A stretch of DNA of 64,000 nt from an uncultured Prochlorococcus sp. (GTDB lineage: Bacteria; Cyanobacteriota; Cyanobacteriia; PCC-6307; Cyanobiaceae): positions 10,401 through 74,400 of the forward strand of contig CACNCF010000005.1 in NCBI GenBank assembly GCA_902618795.1, given 5' to 3'. This document shows positions 22,114 through 33,293 of the stretch, in pieces. The stretch's first letter is position 1; every line of letters begins with the position of its first letter. Both the position numbers and the translations under genes were made by a program. The notes below the pieces were generated by a model. It worked only from the letters and a program-made list of their open reading frames with translations, was not told where the DNA came from and ran no database searches.

Positions 22114-23391
22114 TTAGGCAGTTTTTAAAAAATTTGATCCAAAATATGGCACTAGAGCATCTGGAATTCTAACGCGCCCATCTTTTTGCTGACCATTTTC
22201 AAGAATAGCAGCCATTGTTCTTCCAACGGCAAGACCACTACCATTTAAGGTATGTAAATATATATTTTTTTTATCAATTTTTGTTCTTATTGATGATCTG
22301 CGTGCTTGAAAGTCTAAACAATTGCTGCAACTAGAAATTTCTCTATAGCATTTACTACTAGGTAGCCAGACTTCAAGATCAAAAGTTCTACTAGAAGAAA
22401 AGCCAAGATCTCCAGTACAAATATCTACTAATCTGTAAGGTAGGTTTAGCTTCTTTAAAATGCTTTCGGCATCAGAAGTAATTTTTTTATGAGCTTCTAA
22501 AGATTTACTGGGATCACAAAACCAATATAGTTCAACTTTGTTAAATTGATGAAGTCTTATTAAACCTTTGGTATCTTTTCCATAACTTCCAGCCTCTCTC
22601 CTAAAACATGGGCTATACGCTACATACTTAAGAGGTAACTGCTTAGAATCAATAATCTCATTTCTATGAAAAGCAGTTAGTGGAACTTCGGCTGTTGGTG
22701 AAAGCCATAAATCGTCATTAGAACACTTAAAACTTTCATTTGAGAATTTAGGTAGCTGTCCAGATCCCTTAAGACTCTCAGAATTTACTAATGCTGGAGG
22801 CATTAACTCTAAATAACCATTTTGGGTATGCTCATCGAGCATGAAATTTATTAATGCTCTCTCTAATCTGGCGCCATTACCAATAAGTGTAACAAAACGA
22901 CTTTTTGATATTTTTGTTGATTTTATAGAGTCAAACAAGTTGAGATTCTCTCCTATTTCCCAGTGAGATTTAATATTTTCTTCCATCAAAGGATCTCCCC
23001 AAGTTTTTACTTGGACATTATTACTTTCATCTTTCCCTATAGGAGCATCTTTGCTAGGGAAATTAGGTAAAAAAGAAATCTGACTATTTATTTCTTGATC
23101 TAAAATTCTTTGTTTCTCTTCCAGTTCAGAAATTTTGATTCTGTATTTGTTTCCTTTCTTTTTTAAGTTAATTAGTTCTTCAGAATTGTTATTTTGGGAT
23201 TTGCTAATTTCCTGACCAATTAATTTACTCAATTTTTTACTCTCAGATTGAAGACTGGATATTTCTATATCAATTTCTTTTTTGTTAATGGTTAATTTGT
23301 GTATGTGAGCTATCTCATATAGCTTTCCTCTTACAGATAAATTCTCTTCAACATATTTTGGATTTTCTCTTATTAATTTTTGATCTAACAC
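22114..23391 (-). CDS. serS: Serine--tRNA ligase
   Basis: [32 protein letters not shown] motifs. Confidence 0.97.
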   Translation of the reverse strand: MLDQKLIRENPKYVEENLSVRGKLYEIAHIHKLTINKKEIDIEISSLQSESKKLSKLIGQEISKSQNNNSEELINLKKKGNKYRIKISELEEKQRILDQEINSQISFLPNFPSKDAPIGKDESNNVQVKTWGDPLMEENIKSHWEIGENLNLFDSIKSTKISKSRFVTLIGNGARLERALINFMLDEHTQNGYLELMPPALVNSESLKGSGQLPKFSNESFKCSNDDLWLSPTAEVPLTAFHRNEIIDSKQLPLKYVAYSPCFRREAGSYGKDTKGLIRLHQFNKVELYWFCDPSKSLEAHKKITSDAESILKKLNLPYRLVDICTGDLGFSSSRTFDLEVWLPSSKCYREISSCSNCLDFQARRSSIRTKIDKKNIYLHTLNGSGLAVGRTMAAILENGQQKDGRVRIPDALVPYFGSNFLKTA

Positions 23392-23516
23392 TCTTTTTTT
23401 TTTTATTCCTTAATTAAGATAGTTAATCTGAATTAATTATTTGGGATTTTTGATGAAAAATTAACTAAATTAATGATTCCTAACTTATCTTATGTATTTA
23501 TTTAATAAAAATTTAT

Positions 23517-24983
23517 TTAAGAGGCGGAACGAGCTCGACCTGAAGATGACCATTTTTTTAGTAAATCAATTTGCTCCTTAGCTGTTCTTGATAAGGGAAC
23601 TAATTCAGAGACTGCCTTTATTAAGTCTTTCTCCATAAGTTCTCTATTTTCAGAAAATGAAATGTGCATTCCCTCTATTACTGCTTGTTCAAGTTCTGCG
23701 CCTGAAAATCCGTCTGTTCTATCGATGATAGTAGAAAGAGGAAAACTGTAACTTGGTCTTCTTTTTTTTAAGTGCAAATCTAGAATGCTTAATCTCTCGT
23801 CTGAATTAGGTAAATCAAGAAAAAATATCTCATCAAACCTACCTTTTCTTAATAATTCAGCAGGAAGCTTATCTATAGCATTTGCAGTAGCAATGACAAA
23901 TACTGAGGATTCTTTTTCAGCCATCCAAGTAAGCAAACTTGCCAAAACCCTCTGACTTGTACCTCCATCACTTCTAGCATCGCCACCAAAGCCCTTATCA
24001 ATTTCATCGATCCAAAGGATACAAGGAGACATGGCTTCAGCTCTTAATATTGTTTCTCTTGTTCTTGCTTCGCTTGAACCAACAAGGCTAGAAAATAGTC
24101 TTCCTACATCTAACCTTAGTAGCGGCATCGACCAACTCTGTGAGATTGATTTTGCGGTAAGCGATTTCCCTGTTCCCTGCGCTCCAACGAGTAAGACTCC
24201 TTTGGGAATAGGTAATCCGTAATCTCTAGCTTCTTTAGAAAAGGCCCTGTATCTTTGATTAAGCCAAACTTTTAAAACATTTAAACCACCAATATCATCT
24301 TGACTTGATTTGGCTTCGAAAAATTCTAAAATTTCACTTCTAGCTATTACTTGTTTTTTCTCCTCAAGAATATCTTTAATATCCTCTTTACTTATTTTCC
24401 CTCTTTGAGCGAGGGCCTTTGCAGTAACTTGCTTTACTTTTATTTCGGTAAGTCCACTTGAAGCTATAGAAAGTTCGTTTAAGTCTTGTTCCTCAAGATT
24501 TGAATTGGTATTAATAGCAATTTTTTTTATTAAATTTTTCAATTCTTTTTGATCAGGTAAAGGTAAATTTAAGATTGTCATTAATTCATCAAGCTCTTCT
24601 GATGATGGAAATAAATGAGAACTAATAATTAAATTATGACTAGTTTTTTTAAGCGCTGAAGATAGTTCTTTAATAGTTCTATTGATAGTTGGATCATCAT
24701 AAAATTTATGAAAATCTTTAACTAATAAAACTGTTGATACTTTAGAACTTTGTTCTTTAAGCCAATTAAGCACTCCTAAAGGATTATTTGAAAATTTACC
24801 TTCTTCATTTATTAATCCTTTTATACCGCTAACACAATCCCAGCAAATGAATCTTTTTATATTTAGTCTTTCACAAGATAAATTAACTAATTTTTCTAAT
24901 CTTTCTTCCTCTTTAGTCCTGATCCAAATTAACGAGGTTCTTGATTTTATGAGTAATTCTAAATTTCTACACCAAGAATTCAT
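23517..24983 (-). CDS. ycf46: AAA+ ATPase, Ycf46 family
   Basis: GAQGTGKS Walker A, WIDEIDK Walker B, RKGRFDE; next to yidC. Confidence 0.85.
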   Translation of the reverse strand: MNSWCRNLELLIKSRTSLIWIRTKEEERLEKLVNLSCERLNIKRFICWDCVSGIKGLINEEGKFSNNPLGVLNWLKEQSSKVSTVLLVKDFHKFYDDPTINRTIKELSSALKKTSHNLIISSHLFPSSEELDELMTILNLPLPDQKELKNLIKKIAINTNSNLEEQDLNELSIASSGLTEIKVKQVTAKALAQRGKISKEDIKDILEEKKQVIARSEILEFFEAKSSQDDIGGLNVLKVWLNQRYRAFSKEARDYGLPIPKGVLLVGAQGTGKSLTAKSISQSWSMPLLRLDVGRLFSSLVGSSEARTRETILRAEAMSPCILWIDEIDKGFGGDARSDGGTSQRVLASLLTWMAEKESSVFVIATANAIDKLPAELLRKGRFDEIFFLDLPNSDERLSILDLHLKKRRPSYSFPLSTIIDRTDGFSGAELEQAVIEGMHISFSENRELMEKDLIKAVSELVPLSRTAKEQIDLLKKWSSSGRARSAS

Positions 24984-24998
24984 TATTTGAGATTAAAA

Positions 24999-26141
24999 CT
25001 ATTTTTTACTGTTAGGTTCAAAAGGTAATCTTTTATCTGAAATAGTTGAAGCAGAAGTTGTTACTACTTCATTTTTGGCCGATAATTGTTGATCCAAAAT
25101 TTTTTGTAGATTCTCAGGAAGAGCTTCTTTATTAAGTAGAAAAGTCTGAAATGCCTGAAATATATTAGCAACAACCATATAAAGTAAAACTCCTGCTGGA
25201 AGTGGGAAAAACAGAAACATTCCAGTAATCATTATTGGTGTGATTTTGTTTGCTGTTGATTGCTGTGGATTAGCAGGCATCCCCTGGCTAGATAAAACTT
25301 GAGAAAGAAGTAGAGTTAATCCAAAGGCACCAACTAGAGTTGCAATATCCCAGTTAATTGCCCCATCTACATAAAACCCAACTTGACCAAGAGCTTTAAT
25401 AAATAAAAAACCGCTTTTAGCCGCTAGACCAGGGATTTTCGCCTCGATTGTTGCATCCCCCGGTTTAATTGCTGTTACCGTACCATCTTGAGAAACTTTA
25501 AGATTTTCGGATCCTTTAGAAACCTTCCAAGTTGGGAGAAATTTAGATCCATTTTCGTATTTAGATAAAACTTCCGAATAGCTATTACCGTTTGTTGTTT
25601 GTAAATTTACTTTTATGGATTCTTCTGTTCCCAATTTTGTTCCACTAGGTATAGTTGCTACTACAGGAAAATGTGATTTTTCTGTAATAAAAATAGAGTG
25701 TCGTGGGGATTTATAAGGTTTTGGATCAATGGCTGCTACTTGATCCTGTGGGACGACCTTGAGATTTATGTTATAAGGGACATCAGCGAAAGGAGAGCCT
25801 CTTAGAGTTGCAAACAATGCAAATAAAACAGGCATTTGTACAATCAAGGGCAGGCAACCTGCTAAAGGGCTGCCAAATTCATTCATTAATTTTCCAAGTT
25901 CTTCTTGCTGTTTCTTTGGATCACCTGAAAACTTAGATTTTATTTCTGCTTGCCTTTTTTGCATTACAGGTTGGGCTATCTTCATCCGCCTTGCGCTTCT
26001 AATGGAACCAGCGCTTAAAGGGAAAAGTGCAATTCTAATTACGACTGTCAATGCAACGATCGCTAAACCATAACTAGGAACTAAACCGTAGAAAAAATCT
26101 AGAATCGGGATAAGTAGTTTTTCAGAAATGAACCCTATCAC
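24999..26141 (-). CDS. yidC: Membrane protein insertase
   Basis: [22 protein letters not shown] motifs. Confidence 0.95.
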   Translation of the reverse strand: MIGFISEKLLIPILDFFYGLVPSYGLAIVALTVVIRIALFPLSAGSIRSARRMKIAQPVMQKRQAEIKSKFSGDPKKQQEELGKLMNEFGSPLAGCLPLIVQMPVLFALFATLRGSPFADVPYNINLKVVPQDQVAAIDPKPYKSPRHSIFITEKSHFPVVATIPSGTKLGTEESIKVNLQTTNGNSYSEVLSKYENGSKFLPTWKVSKGSENLKVSQDGTVTAIKPGDATIEAKIPGLAAKSGFLFIKALGQVGFYVDGAINWDIATLVGAFGLTLLLSQVLSSQGMPANPQQSTANKITPIMITGMFLFFPLPAGVLLYMVVANIFQAFQTFLLNKEALPENLQKILDQQLSAKNEVVTTSASTISDKRLPFEPNSKK

Positions 26142-26213
26142 GATATTAAAGAGAGTGAAATTTTAATAGACATTTTATTTTACAGGAAAAAAAGATTTTT
26201 GTAATTCATTTAT

Positions 26214-26627
26214 TTAGGATTTAGTCGCAAATCCTTCTACTTCGCTGAGATTTGGGATTTGTGATCTTTTATTTATATTTTCTTCAATAAATTTTTGCTT
26301 TTCTCTAAATAAAGGTAATGATTTCATTTCAACCTTTGATCCATCATTAAGAATAAGAACCATATCACCATATGAACCGAATCCTCTTGGAATAGATCTG
26401 ATTTCCTCAATGTTACTTAACGAGACTTGTGTTTTGTTTTTACCAAACCATCCACCATCAATTGTAATTCTTTTGTTTGTAATTTTATATCTCAACCACA
26501 ATGCTCTAACTATTGCGGCAAAGGTAAATGGCAAACCAAGTATGGTTATTCCTGCTAGTAGATTTATTATTAAATCACCTTTAGCAGGACCACCTTCATA
26601 AAAGGTTTCTTCATTCATGTTAATCAT
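26214..26627 (-). CDS. Bacterial PH-domain membrane protein
   Basis: RYKITNKRI, GSYGDMVL; conserved position between rnpA and yidC in cyanobacteria. Confidence 0.85.
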   Translation of the reverse strand: MINMNEETFYEGGPAKGDLIINLLAGITILGLPFTFAAIVRALWLRYKITNKRITIDGGWFGKNKTQVSLSNIEEIRSIPRGFGSYGDMVLILNDGSKVEMKSLPLFREKQKFIEENINKRSQIPNLSEVEGFATKS

Positions 26628-27010
26628 TTGATTAGACGAGATTTGAACATTAAGTTTTGAAATTCCTCCAAAAGTCTGCTTTTATCATTGCAGAAATCCC
26701 CAAATTTAAGGTTAACAAGTAACCAATAAGGTTTGTGGTTATTAATTTTTTCAATGTTTGTTAATAACCACTCTTGCAGGATTCTTCTTAATTTATTTCT
26801 CTCTACAGCTTTTTTTGAAACTTTTTTACTAATAGCAATAGCTACCCTGAATTTGTTGGAGGTATTTTTGAATTTATGGGTTAAGAGTATATCTGGATTT
26901 GATCTTGCAACTTTAAATGTCATTAATTTCCCATGATATGTTTTGGCATTTTTATGAATGTAATTAAAAGTCCTATGACCTTTTAAACGCATATCCCTTG
27001 GTAAGGCCAT
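26624..27010 (-). CDS. rnpA: Ribonuclease P protein component
   Basis: ISKKVSKKAVERNKLRR motif. Confidence 0.95.
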   Translation of the reverse strand: MALPRDMRLKGHRTFNYIHKNAKTYHGKLMTFKVARSNPDILLTHKFKNTSNKFRVAIAISKKVSKKAVERNKLRRILQEWLLTNIEKINNHKPYWLLVNLKFGDFCNDKSRLLEEFQNLMFKSRLIK

Positions 27011-27022
27011 TTAAATTTGAAG

Positions 27023-27160
27023 TTATACAGCTATTCTTTCTCTACCTTTTTGTCTTCTGCTTTTAATAACTCTTCTACCTGTATGAGAACGCATTCTTAC
27101 TCTAAAACCAGATACACGTTTTCTTTTTCTTGAAGTTCCGCCAAAAGTTCTTTTAGTCAT
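27023..27160 (-). CDS. rpmH: 50S ribosomal protein L34
   Basis: Not in ORF track; [45 protein letters not shown]. Confidence 0.97.
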
Positions 27161-27190
27161 TTGTTTGATTATCCTTATTTAATTTATCAT

Positions 27191-27778
27191 TTAATCGATC
27201 AATATAGTCCAGCTTCCTAAATAAGTTGAAAATGATTTCCCTTTAGGTTGCCCAAATGAGTGAAATTGATACAAACCTGATTTTTTTGGATTAAAGATTT
27301 TGAAGACAATTGCATAGCTGTCTTTGTTAGAGGGAATTGGGCTGAAGGGGTAAATATCTAGTGAACGTAAGCCTGATTCATCAGTCTTGATTTCTAAATC
27401 AGCTGGAATGTCTTCCAAGCATTTAGTTCTACCTTCAAAACCACCTATTTTTACTTTGCAAAAACTAATTTTTTCATTACTAAGAGTGGATTTAAAGGTC
27501 TTAGGAATTGCTAGATTAACTTTTAAGAGATCAGTTCTTCTATCGGATGGCCTCAAGAAAAAATAAATTGTATTTCTAAATCTTTTTTTATTCTCTTTTT
27601 GAAACCACTTTAATTTTCTATAACTATCATCTTGATCCCATTGGAATTCCAAACCCGCTTTAGCATTTTGTATGTTATTGAAAAAAGGAGTTAAAACTAA
27701 AATTGTAGGGATAATAAAAAATCTTAAAATTTTAAGATTTAAAATATGTTTATTTGTGATTTTTAACATTGAAGGCAA
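27191..27778 (-). CDS. DUF2808-family exported protein
   Basis: Signal-peptide-like N-terminus; NPKKSGLYQF...YLGSW; cyanobacterial rpmH neighbour. Confidence 0.75.
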   Translation of the reverse strand: MPSMLKITNKHILNLKILRFFIIPTILVLTPFFNNIQNAKAGLEFQWDQDDSYRKLKWFQKENKKRFRNTIYFFLRPSDRRTDLLKVNLAIPKTFKSTLSNEKISFCKVKIGGFEGRTKCLEDIPADLEIKTDESGLRSLDIYPFSPIPSNKDSYAIVFKIFNPKKSGLYQFHSFGQPKGKSFSTYLGSWTILID

Positions 27779-27838
27779 TGGAATTTAAAGGTTGAGTTAG
27801 TGCTATCTAAATTTAAAGCAGAATAATTTTCACTAAGG

Positions 27839-28222
27839 TTAACATCTATCTGCTCTTAATTTTGCAGCGCCTTTTAAATAAGGGTGCTTTATTGCATAAT
27901 TTGGTGGCAATAAAACTTGAGCCATTATTCTTATACAAAAATCAACGTCATTTAATACGTGCATTTGTTGGCAGTCTAAAAAGGCAACTGAATCAAGTCC
28001 ATTAAATTTCCTTGCAATTGAAGCGGGGAAACATGCATTTAAATCTTTTGTCGCTGTGAATGTGATGGAAAGTATGTTTGTTTTAATAAGATTGTTTCGT
28101 GAAATTAATTCATCAATTAATTCCACTACGGCAACTTCTATTTCCCTAACAGAATTCCCAGATGCTGTTGTAGCTCCACGAATGAATGAAATTTTATAAT
28201 CATCTTTCATTTTTTCATACAT
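27839..28222 (-). CDS. aroH: Chorismate mutase, AroH class
   Basis: IRGATT, DLNACFPASIAR, CIR, YLKGAAKLR motifs. Confidence 0.92.
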   Translation of the reverse strand: MYEKMKDDYKISFIRGATTASGNSVREIEVAVVELIDELISRNNLIKTNILSITFTATKDLNACFPASIARKFNGLDSVAFLDCQQMHVLNDVDFCIRIMAQVLLPPNYAIKHPYLKGAAKLRADRC

Positions 28223-28228
28223 ATCAAT

Positions 28229-29038
28229 TTAAGGCTTGTATAACCAAAGTACTTTATTAGATGAGTCAATCTCAAAAAAGATATTATTGATAATTTTCTC
28301 AATCATTTTACTTCCAGGAATTAGTCCAAGTATTTTTTTCTTCTTCTTCCCGAATGTTAAGGGCTGCATTTTTGGATCAATATTAACCATTTCTGCAGCA
28401 AGCTCCCTTGCAACAAATTCATCTCCAACCTTATCAACAAGACCAAGTTCGAGTGCTTGTGTTCCAGTGAAAATTCTTCCATCAGCAAATTTTCTTACTT
28501 CTTCAACAGGCAAATTCCTTCCATCAGCAACAGCTTCAGTAAATTGTTTATAACTTTCATCTATAAGTCCTTGGAGTAGACCTCTACCTTCCTCACTTAG
28601 AGGTTTATCTGGAGAAAGTATGTCTTTAAATACACCGCTTTTGACAGTCTCAAATTTAATGCCGATTTTATCTAATAATTCAGATAAATTATTACCTCTT
28701 ATAATCACACCAATAGATCCTGTAATTGTGCCTGGATTAGCAACTATTTTGTCAGATGCAACACCAATGTAAACGCCTCCTGATGCTGAGATGTTCCCAA
28801 AACTGGCAATGACTTTACATCCTTTATCTTTTAGTCTTTTAATAGCAGAGTATATTTCTTGGCTATCCCCAACAGTACCCCCTGGGGAGTCAATTCTCAC
28901 GATTAAGGCAGGAAATTCTCTATCCTCAATTTGTTTAAGAGCTTTAAGGACTGAAACTCTTGTTGAACTTGTAATAGGCTCATCAATTACTATACGAGCT
29001 ATTCTTTTTTTTGACTTTCGTCTAAAAGGCCAAATCAT
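28229..29038 (-). CDS. sppA: Signal peptide peptidase (short form)
   Basis: RIDSPGG, ASGGVY, TGSIGV motifs. Confidence 0.93.
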   Translation of the reverse strand: MIWPFRRKSKKRIARIVIDEPITSSTRVSVLKALKQIEDREFPALIVRIDSPGGTVGDSQEIYSAIKRLKDKGCKVIASFGNISASGGVYIGVASDKIVANPGTITGSIGVIIRGNNLSELLDKIGIKFETVKSGVFKDILSPDKPLSEEGRGLLQGLIDESYKQFTEAVADGRNLPVEEVRKFADGRIFTGTQALELGLVDKVGDEFVARELAAEMVNIDPKMQPLTFGKKKKKILGLIPGSKMIEKIINNIFFEIDSSNKVLWLYKP

Positions 29039-29090
29039 TCTTTTAAGGTAAATTCATAAAACTACTTTAAAAAGATTATCAGCAGACCTA

Positions 29091-30032
29091 ATGAATTCAA
29101 TCCTAAATTGGTTTTTAATGATACTCCCTTTTGCACTTTGGGGTACTTCAATGGCGGCAATGACTCCTTTAGTATCTAGTGCTGGGCCAGAGTTTGTGGC
29201 TTCTTTAAGATTACTTCCTGCAGGGATTCTTGTTCTAATAACAACATATTTGTTTAAAAGAGATTTAAAAATTTATAAGTGTGATTTGAAGTGGTTTTTT
29301 GTTTTTACGATTGTTGATGCCACTTTTTTTCAATTGTTTTTAACTTATGGTATTGAAAAAACTGGAGCAGGTTTAGGTTCTGTCTTAATTGATTCTCAAC
29401 CACTTTTGGTCGCTATTTTAGCGAGGGCAATTTTTGGGAATTTAATTAATCCAATAGGATGGCTGGGACTACTTTTTGGCTTGGGAGGAATAGTATTTTT
29501 AGGAGTTCCACAAGAATTTTTAGGGAATTGGTGGTTGATGTCTGAAAAGTCTATAAATGATGTTGCGTTTAACTTTGGAGAACTTTGGATGCTTGCAGCT
29601 TCTCTAGCTATGGCATTAGGAACAATTTTAATTAGATTCACTTGTACTAAAAGTGATCCAGTGGCAGTTACGGGTTGGCATATGGTTTTAGGGAGTTTGC
29701 CCTTAATTATTAAGCACTGCTTACAATCAAATTTCACAATAATTCCAGATTGGTCAATATTTGATTGGGGACTTATGTCATTTGCAAGTTTTTTTGGAGG
29801 AGCAATAGCTTACGGATTGTTTTTCTACTTTGCAAATAATAAAGAAATAACTGGATTTAGTACTCTTGCTTTTCTAACACCTGTATTTGCTCTTCTCAGT
29901 GGAGGTGTTTGGTTAGATGAAAGACTTACTATAGTGCAGTGGATAGGAGTGGTGTTTGTTCTTATCTCAGTATTTTTTGTAAGCCAGAGAAAGAGTTTAT
30001 GGGAAAATAAATTTTCTGATACTACTATTTAA
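29091..30032 (+). CDS. DMT/EamA-family transporter
   Basis: About 10 TM segments in two EamA repeats. Confidence 0.9.
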   Translation: MNSILNWFLMILPFALWGTSMAAMTPLVSSAGPEFVASLRLLPAGILVLITTYLFKRDLKIYKCDLKWFFVFTIVDATFFQLFLTYGIEKTGAGLGSVLIDSQPLLVAILARAIFGNLINPIGWLGLLFGLGGIVFLGVPQEFLGNWWLMSEKSINDVAFNFGELWMLAASLAMALGTILIRFTCTKSDPVAVTGWHMVLGSLPLIIKHCLQSNFTIIPDWSIFDWGLMSFASFFGGAIAYGLFFYFANNKEITGFSTLAFLTPVFALLSGGVWLDERLTIVQWIGVVFVLISVFFVSQRKSLWENKFSDTTI

Positions 30033-30060
30033 TTAGTTTCTTTTTGTAAAAAGTCTAATA

Positions 30061-31137
30061 ATGCGAATAGTATTGATTAGTACTCCAATAGGGTTCTTAG
30101 GGAGTGGTAAAGGTGGTGGAGTTGAATTAACTATAAATTCTTTAGTTTCAGGTTTAATTTCTTTAGGACATTCTGTTGAGGTTGTAGCACCCAAAGATTC
30201 TAAGTTACATGTAAGTAATGTAAAAGCAAAATTACATTTTGTGGAGGGTGAAGATCAAATTAGTTGGCAGCATCAAAATTATAATTCTCCGGTGACTATC
30301 CCAGACAATTCTCTTTTAGCAGGAATGCTTGAAAAGGGATTAGATATCGCTAAACATGCAGATGTCCTGTTGAATATGTCCTATGATTGGTTGCCTATTT
30401 GGATGACTCTAAATTTAGAGATACCCATTGCCCATATTATTAGTATGGGTTCTGAAAGTTCAGTAATTAGTAATTTAATCTCCAAAGTATATGCTAAATA
30501 TCCAAATAATTTTGCTTTTCATTCGAAAATGCAGGCTAATGATTATCCATTCATAAAAAAACCAACAATTATTGGGAATGGGTTTAATTTAGATAATTAT
30601 ATTTTTCAAGATTCAGTGAAGGGACCATTGGCATGGGTTGGAAGAGTTGCTCCGGAGAAAGGTTTAGAGGATGCAGTATATGTGGCAAATCAACTTGGCG
30701 AAAAATTAAAAGTTTGGGGATTTATTGAAGATGAGATGTATGCCTCAAAGATAGAAAAATTATTCCCTCAAGGAGCTATAGATTGGATGGGTTTTTTATC
30801 AACCGACGAATTACAAAAAGAACTTGGTAAATGCAGAGGGTTGCTAAATACTCCGAAATGGAATGAGGCATATGGGAACGTAATTGTTGAAGCTTTAGCC
30901 TGCGGGGTGCCAGTTGTAGCTTATAAAAGGGGAGGACCTAGTGAAATTATTCAGCATGGCCAAACAGGTTATCTTGCTGATCCTGATGATAAAAAAAATA
31001 TGCTTTCTTATGTAGAGATTATTGAAAAAATAAAGCGTCAGAAATGTAGAGAATGGGTAGAAAAAAATGCTTCCGCAGATATATTTGCTAACAAGGTTGT
31101 GAACTGGCTTAATAAGGTAACGCATGAATATAAATAA
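30061..31137 (+). CDS. Glycosyltransferase family 4
   Basis: GGGVE, GRVAPEKG, EAYGNVIVEALACGVPV motifs. Confidence 0.92.
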   Translation: MRIVLISTPIGFLGSGKGGGVELTINSLVSGLISLGHSVEVVAPKDSKLHVSNVKAKLHFVEGEDQISWQHQNYNSPVTIPDNSLLAGMLEKGLDIAKHADVLLNMSYDWLPIWMTLNLEIPIAHIISMGSESSVISNLISKVYAKYPNNFAFHSKMQANDYPFIKKPTIIGNGFNLDNYIFQDSVKGPLAWVGRVAPEKGLEDAVYVANQLGEKLKVWGFIEDEMYASKIEKLFPQGAIDWMGFLSTDELQKELGKCRGLLNTPKWNEAYGNVIVEALACGVPVVAYKRGGPSEIIQHGQTGYLADPDDKKNMLSYVEIIEKIKRQKCREWVEKNASADIFANKVVNWLNKVTHEYK

Positions 31138-31143
31138 TATTAA

Positions 31144-32949
31144 ATGATTCTTCTGAACTCAAAGAAAAGGCTTTTAAACGCATTAATAATTTTAGTTTCT
31201 GGGATCATTATTTTTATTTTAGGTTTAGGTAATACAGGACTGGTGGATGAAACGCCTCCTTTATTTGCCGCTGCAGCAAGGGCGATGAGTGAATCTAGTG
31301 ACTGGATAACTCCAAAGGTCAATGGAATGTTCCGTTTTGATAAGCCTCCATTGATATATTGGCTAATGGGTTTTTTTTACTCATTGCCCAAAAGCGAGAT
31401 CTGGGATAGTTACGGGACAATCTCAGCAAGACTTCCTTCAGCTTTGGGATCATTATTTTTAATGTTGATGATTGGAGATACTTTATTTTGTTGGCCACAG
31501 AAGAGTGATAAGCAATTCCTCAGTCCAATAGTTGCATCATTAGCCTTTGCTTTGTCTCCAATAATAATTATCTGGAGTAGAACTGCTGTGAGTGATGCTC
31601 TTTTAACTGGGACCTTGGGGATTAGCCTCCTTTTGTTTTGGAGAAGAATGGTAAGTGAAAGTAATGACCAATGTATTTCAGCGTGGGTATTTTTAGGTTT
31701 TGCAATTTTAACTAAAGGACCTGTTGCATTTGTTTTGGCATTATTGACTATTACATCTTTCTTATTTAGTCAGAAGAATTGGAAAACGTTGCTCTGTAAG
31801 ATCAAACCTAAGAAAGGTTTTTTAATAACAATACTAATAAGTGTTCCATGGTACATATTAGAACTCATAAAAGAGGGAAAGCCTTTTTGGGACAATTTTT
31901 TTGGTTACCATAATTTTCAAAGATATACCTCAGTTGTAAATAATCATGCCGAACCATTCTGGTTTTTTCTTTACATAATGATATTGGCTTCATTACCATT
32001 CACTCCTTTTTTGTATCACGGTATATTCAAGGCCTTTAGGGATTTTTTGAGAAGTTCAAAAGAAAGTTGTAATATCACTGACACCCTTTATACCTATTCT
32101 CTATGTTGGTTAACATCTGTTTTAATCTTCTTTAGTCTTTCTGCTACAAAACTACCAAGCTATTGGCTCCCAGCAATTCCAGCAGCCTCAATCTTGATTA
32201 GTAATAGCTTTATAAACTTAAAAAATTCAAGTAAAAGTTATCTATATTTATGGATTTTTAATATTTTAGTTTTGTTTGGCTTTTCAGTAGCGTTCTTTTT
32301 CTCGAATATTTGGTTGAGTTCAATTAATGATCCCGAAATGCCTAATCTTGCATCCGAACTTGTAAGCTCTGGGATTATTTTCAAAGCTAAATTGTTCTTC
32401 TCTTCATTTACCATCCTCGCAATAATCTTATTTTCCTTAAAATCTAGAAATATCCTTCTTTATCTTCAAATTTTACTTTTAATTGGACAATCTTATTTGA
32501 TGTCGCCAATTAGAAAATTAGCAGATACTTCAAGGCAATTACCTTTAAGGAATATCTCAAAACTTATTTTAGATGTTCGTGAGGGGAAGGAAACTTTAGC
32601 AATGATTGGAATAAGAAAACCTTCATTACATTATTATTCAAGACAAATAGTTTTTTATGAACCTAATACTGAAGAGGGATTAATTAATCTTTCAGAAAGG
32701 CTTGATACAGATAGGCGAGAAAATTATGAGGATCAACCTGATTATGAATACAAATCTCTATTGGTCGTGATAGATGAATACTCTTCACGTCGTAAACAAT
32801 GGTCAAAAATGAACCATCAAAAATTGGGCAAATTTGGGATTTATAATTTATGGCGAATTCAAAAAAGTGATTTAAACAAATATTCTAAATTTTTAGTGAA
32901 TAGTGGTTATAAATCTGACTGGAAAAATAGAATAGTTGAAAAATTTTAA
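31144..32949 (+). CDS. ArnT/PMT-family (GT-C) glycosyltransferase
   Basis: DET, FDKPPL.YW, ARLPSA, LTKGP, KLPSY motifs. Confidence 0.9.
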   Translation: MILLNSKKRLLNALIILVSGIIIFILGLGNTGLVDETPPLFAAAARAMSESSDWITPKVNGMFRFDKPPLIYWLMGFFYSLPKSEIWDSYGTISARLPSALGSLFLMLMIGDTLFCWPQKSDKQFLSPIVASLAFALSPIIIIWSRTAVSDALLTGTLGISLLLFWRRMVSESNDQCISAWVFLGFAILTKGPVAFVLALLTITSFLFSQKNWKTLLCKIKPKKGFLITILISVPWYILELIKEGKPFWDNFFGYHNFQRYTSVVNNHAEPFWFFLYIMILASLPFTPFLYHGIFKAFRDFLRSSKESCNITDTLYTYSLCWLTSVLIFFSLSATKLPSYWLPAIPAASILISNSFINLKNSSKSYLYLWIFNILVLFGFSVAFFFSNIWLSSINDPEMPNLASELVSSGIIFKAKLFFSSFTILAIILFSLKSRNILLYLQILLLIGQSYLMSPIRKLADTSRQLPLRNISKLILDVREGKETLAMIGIRKPSLHYYSRQIVFYEPNTEEGLINLSERLDTDRRENYEDQPDYEYKSLLVVIDEYSSRRKQWSKMNHQKLGKFGIYNLWRIQKSDLNKYSKFLVNSGYKSDWKNRIVEKF

Positions 32950-33197
32950 CAAAGTCTTTTTTTAAGAAGAGCGTTTTTTAGATCATCAATGCTGCACTTG
33001 CTGGGGATATCGATTTTATTCAAATCTTCCATTAATTCGAGATCGATTACAGAATCTTCAGCTAAAAAGCTAAAAACTTCATTTATGCTTATTCCCATAT
33101 CTTGAGCCATCTCTGAGATAAGCCTTAGAGTATCCCTCCTCACAGAAATCCTTAGATCTATGGGGATATATTCATTTTCAGGGTTAGCTGACTTCAT
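32946..33197 (-). CDS. Conserved hypothetical protein, ribbon-helix-helix-like
   Basis: LRISVRRDTLRLISEMAQDMGISINEVF pattern. Confidence 0.65.
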   Translation of the reverse strand: MKSANPENEYIPIDLRISVRRDTLRLISEMAQDMGISINEVFSFLAEDSVIDLELMEDLNKIDIPSKCSIDDLKNALLKKRLC

Positions 33198-33293
33198 AAC
33201 CTAAATCTTAAGACATTATTTAGTTATCAGGATATAATCTTTACAATATTCATTAATCATGCATCAAAAGGCGTTTTCCCCTCCTCAGGTGGC

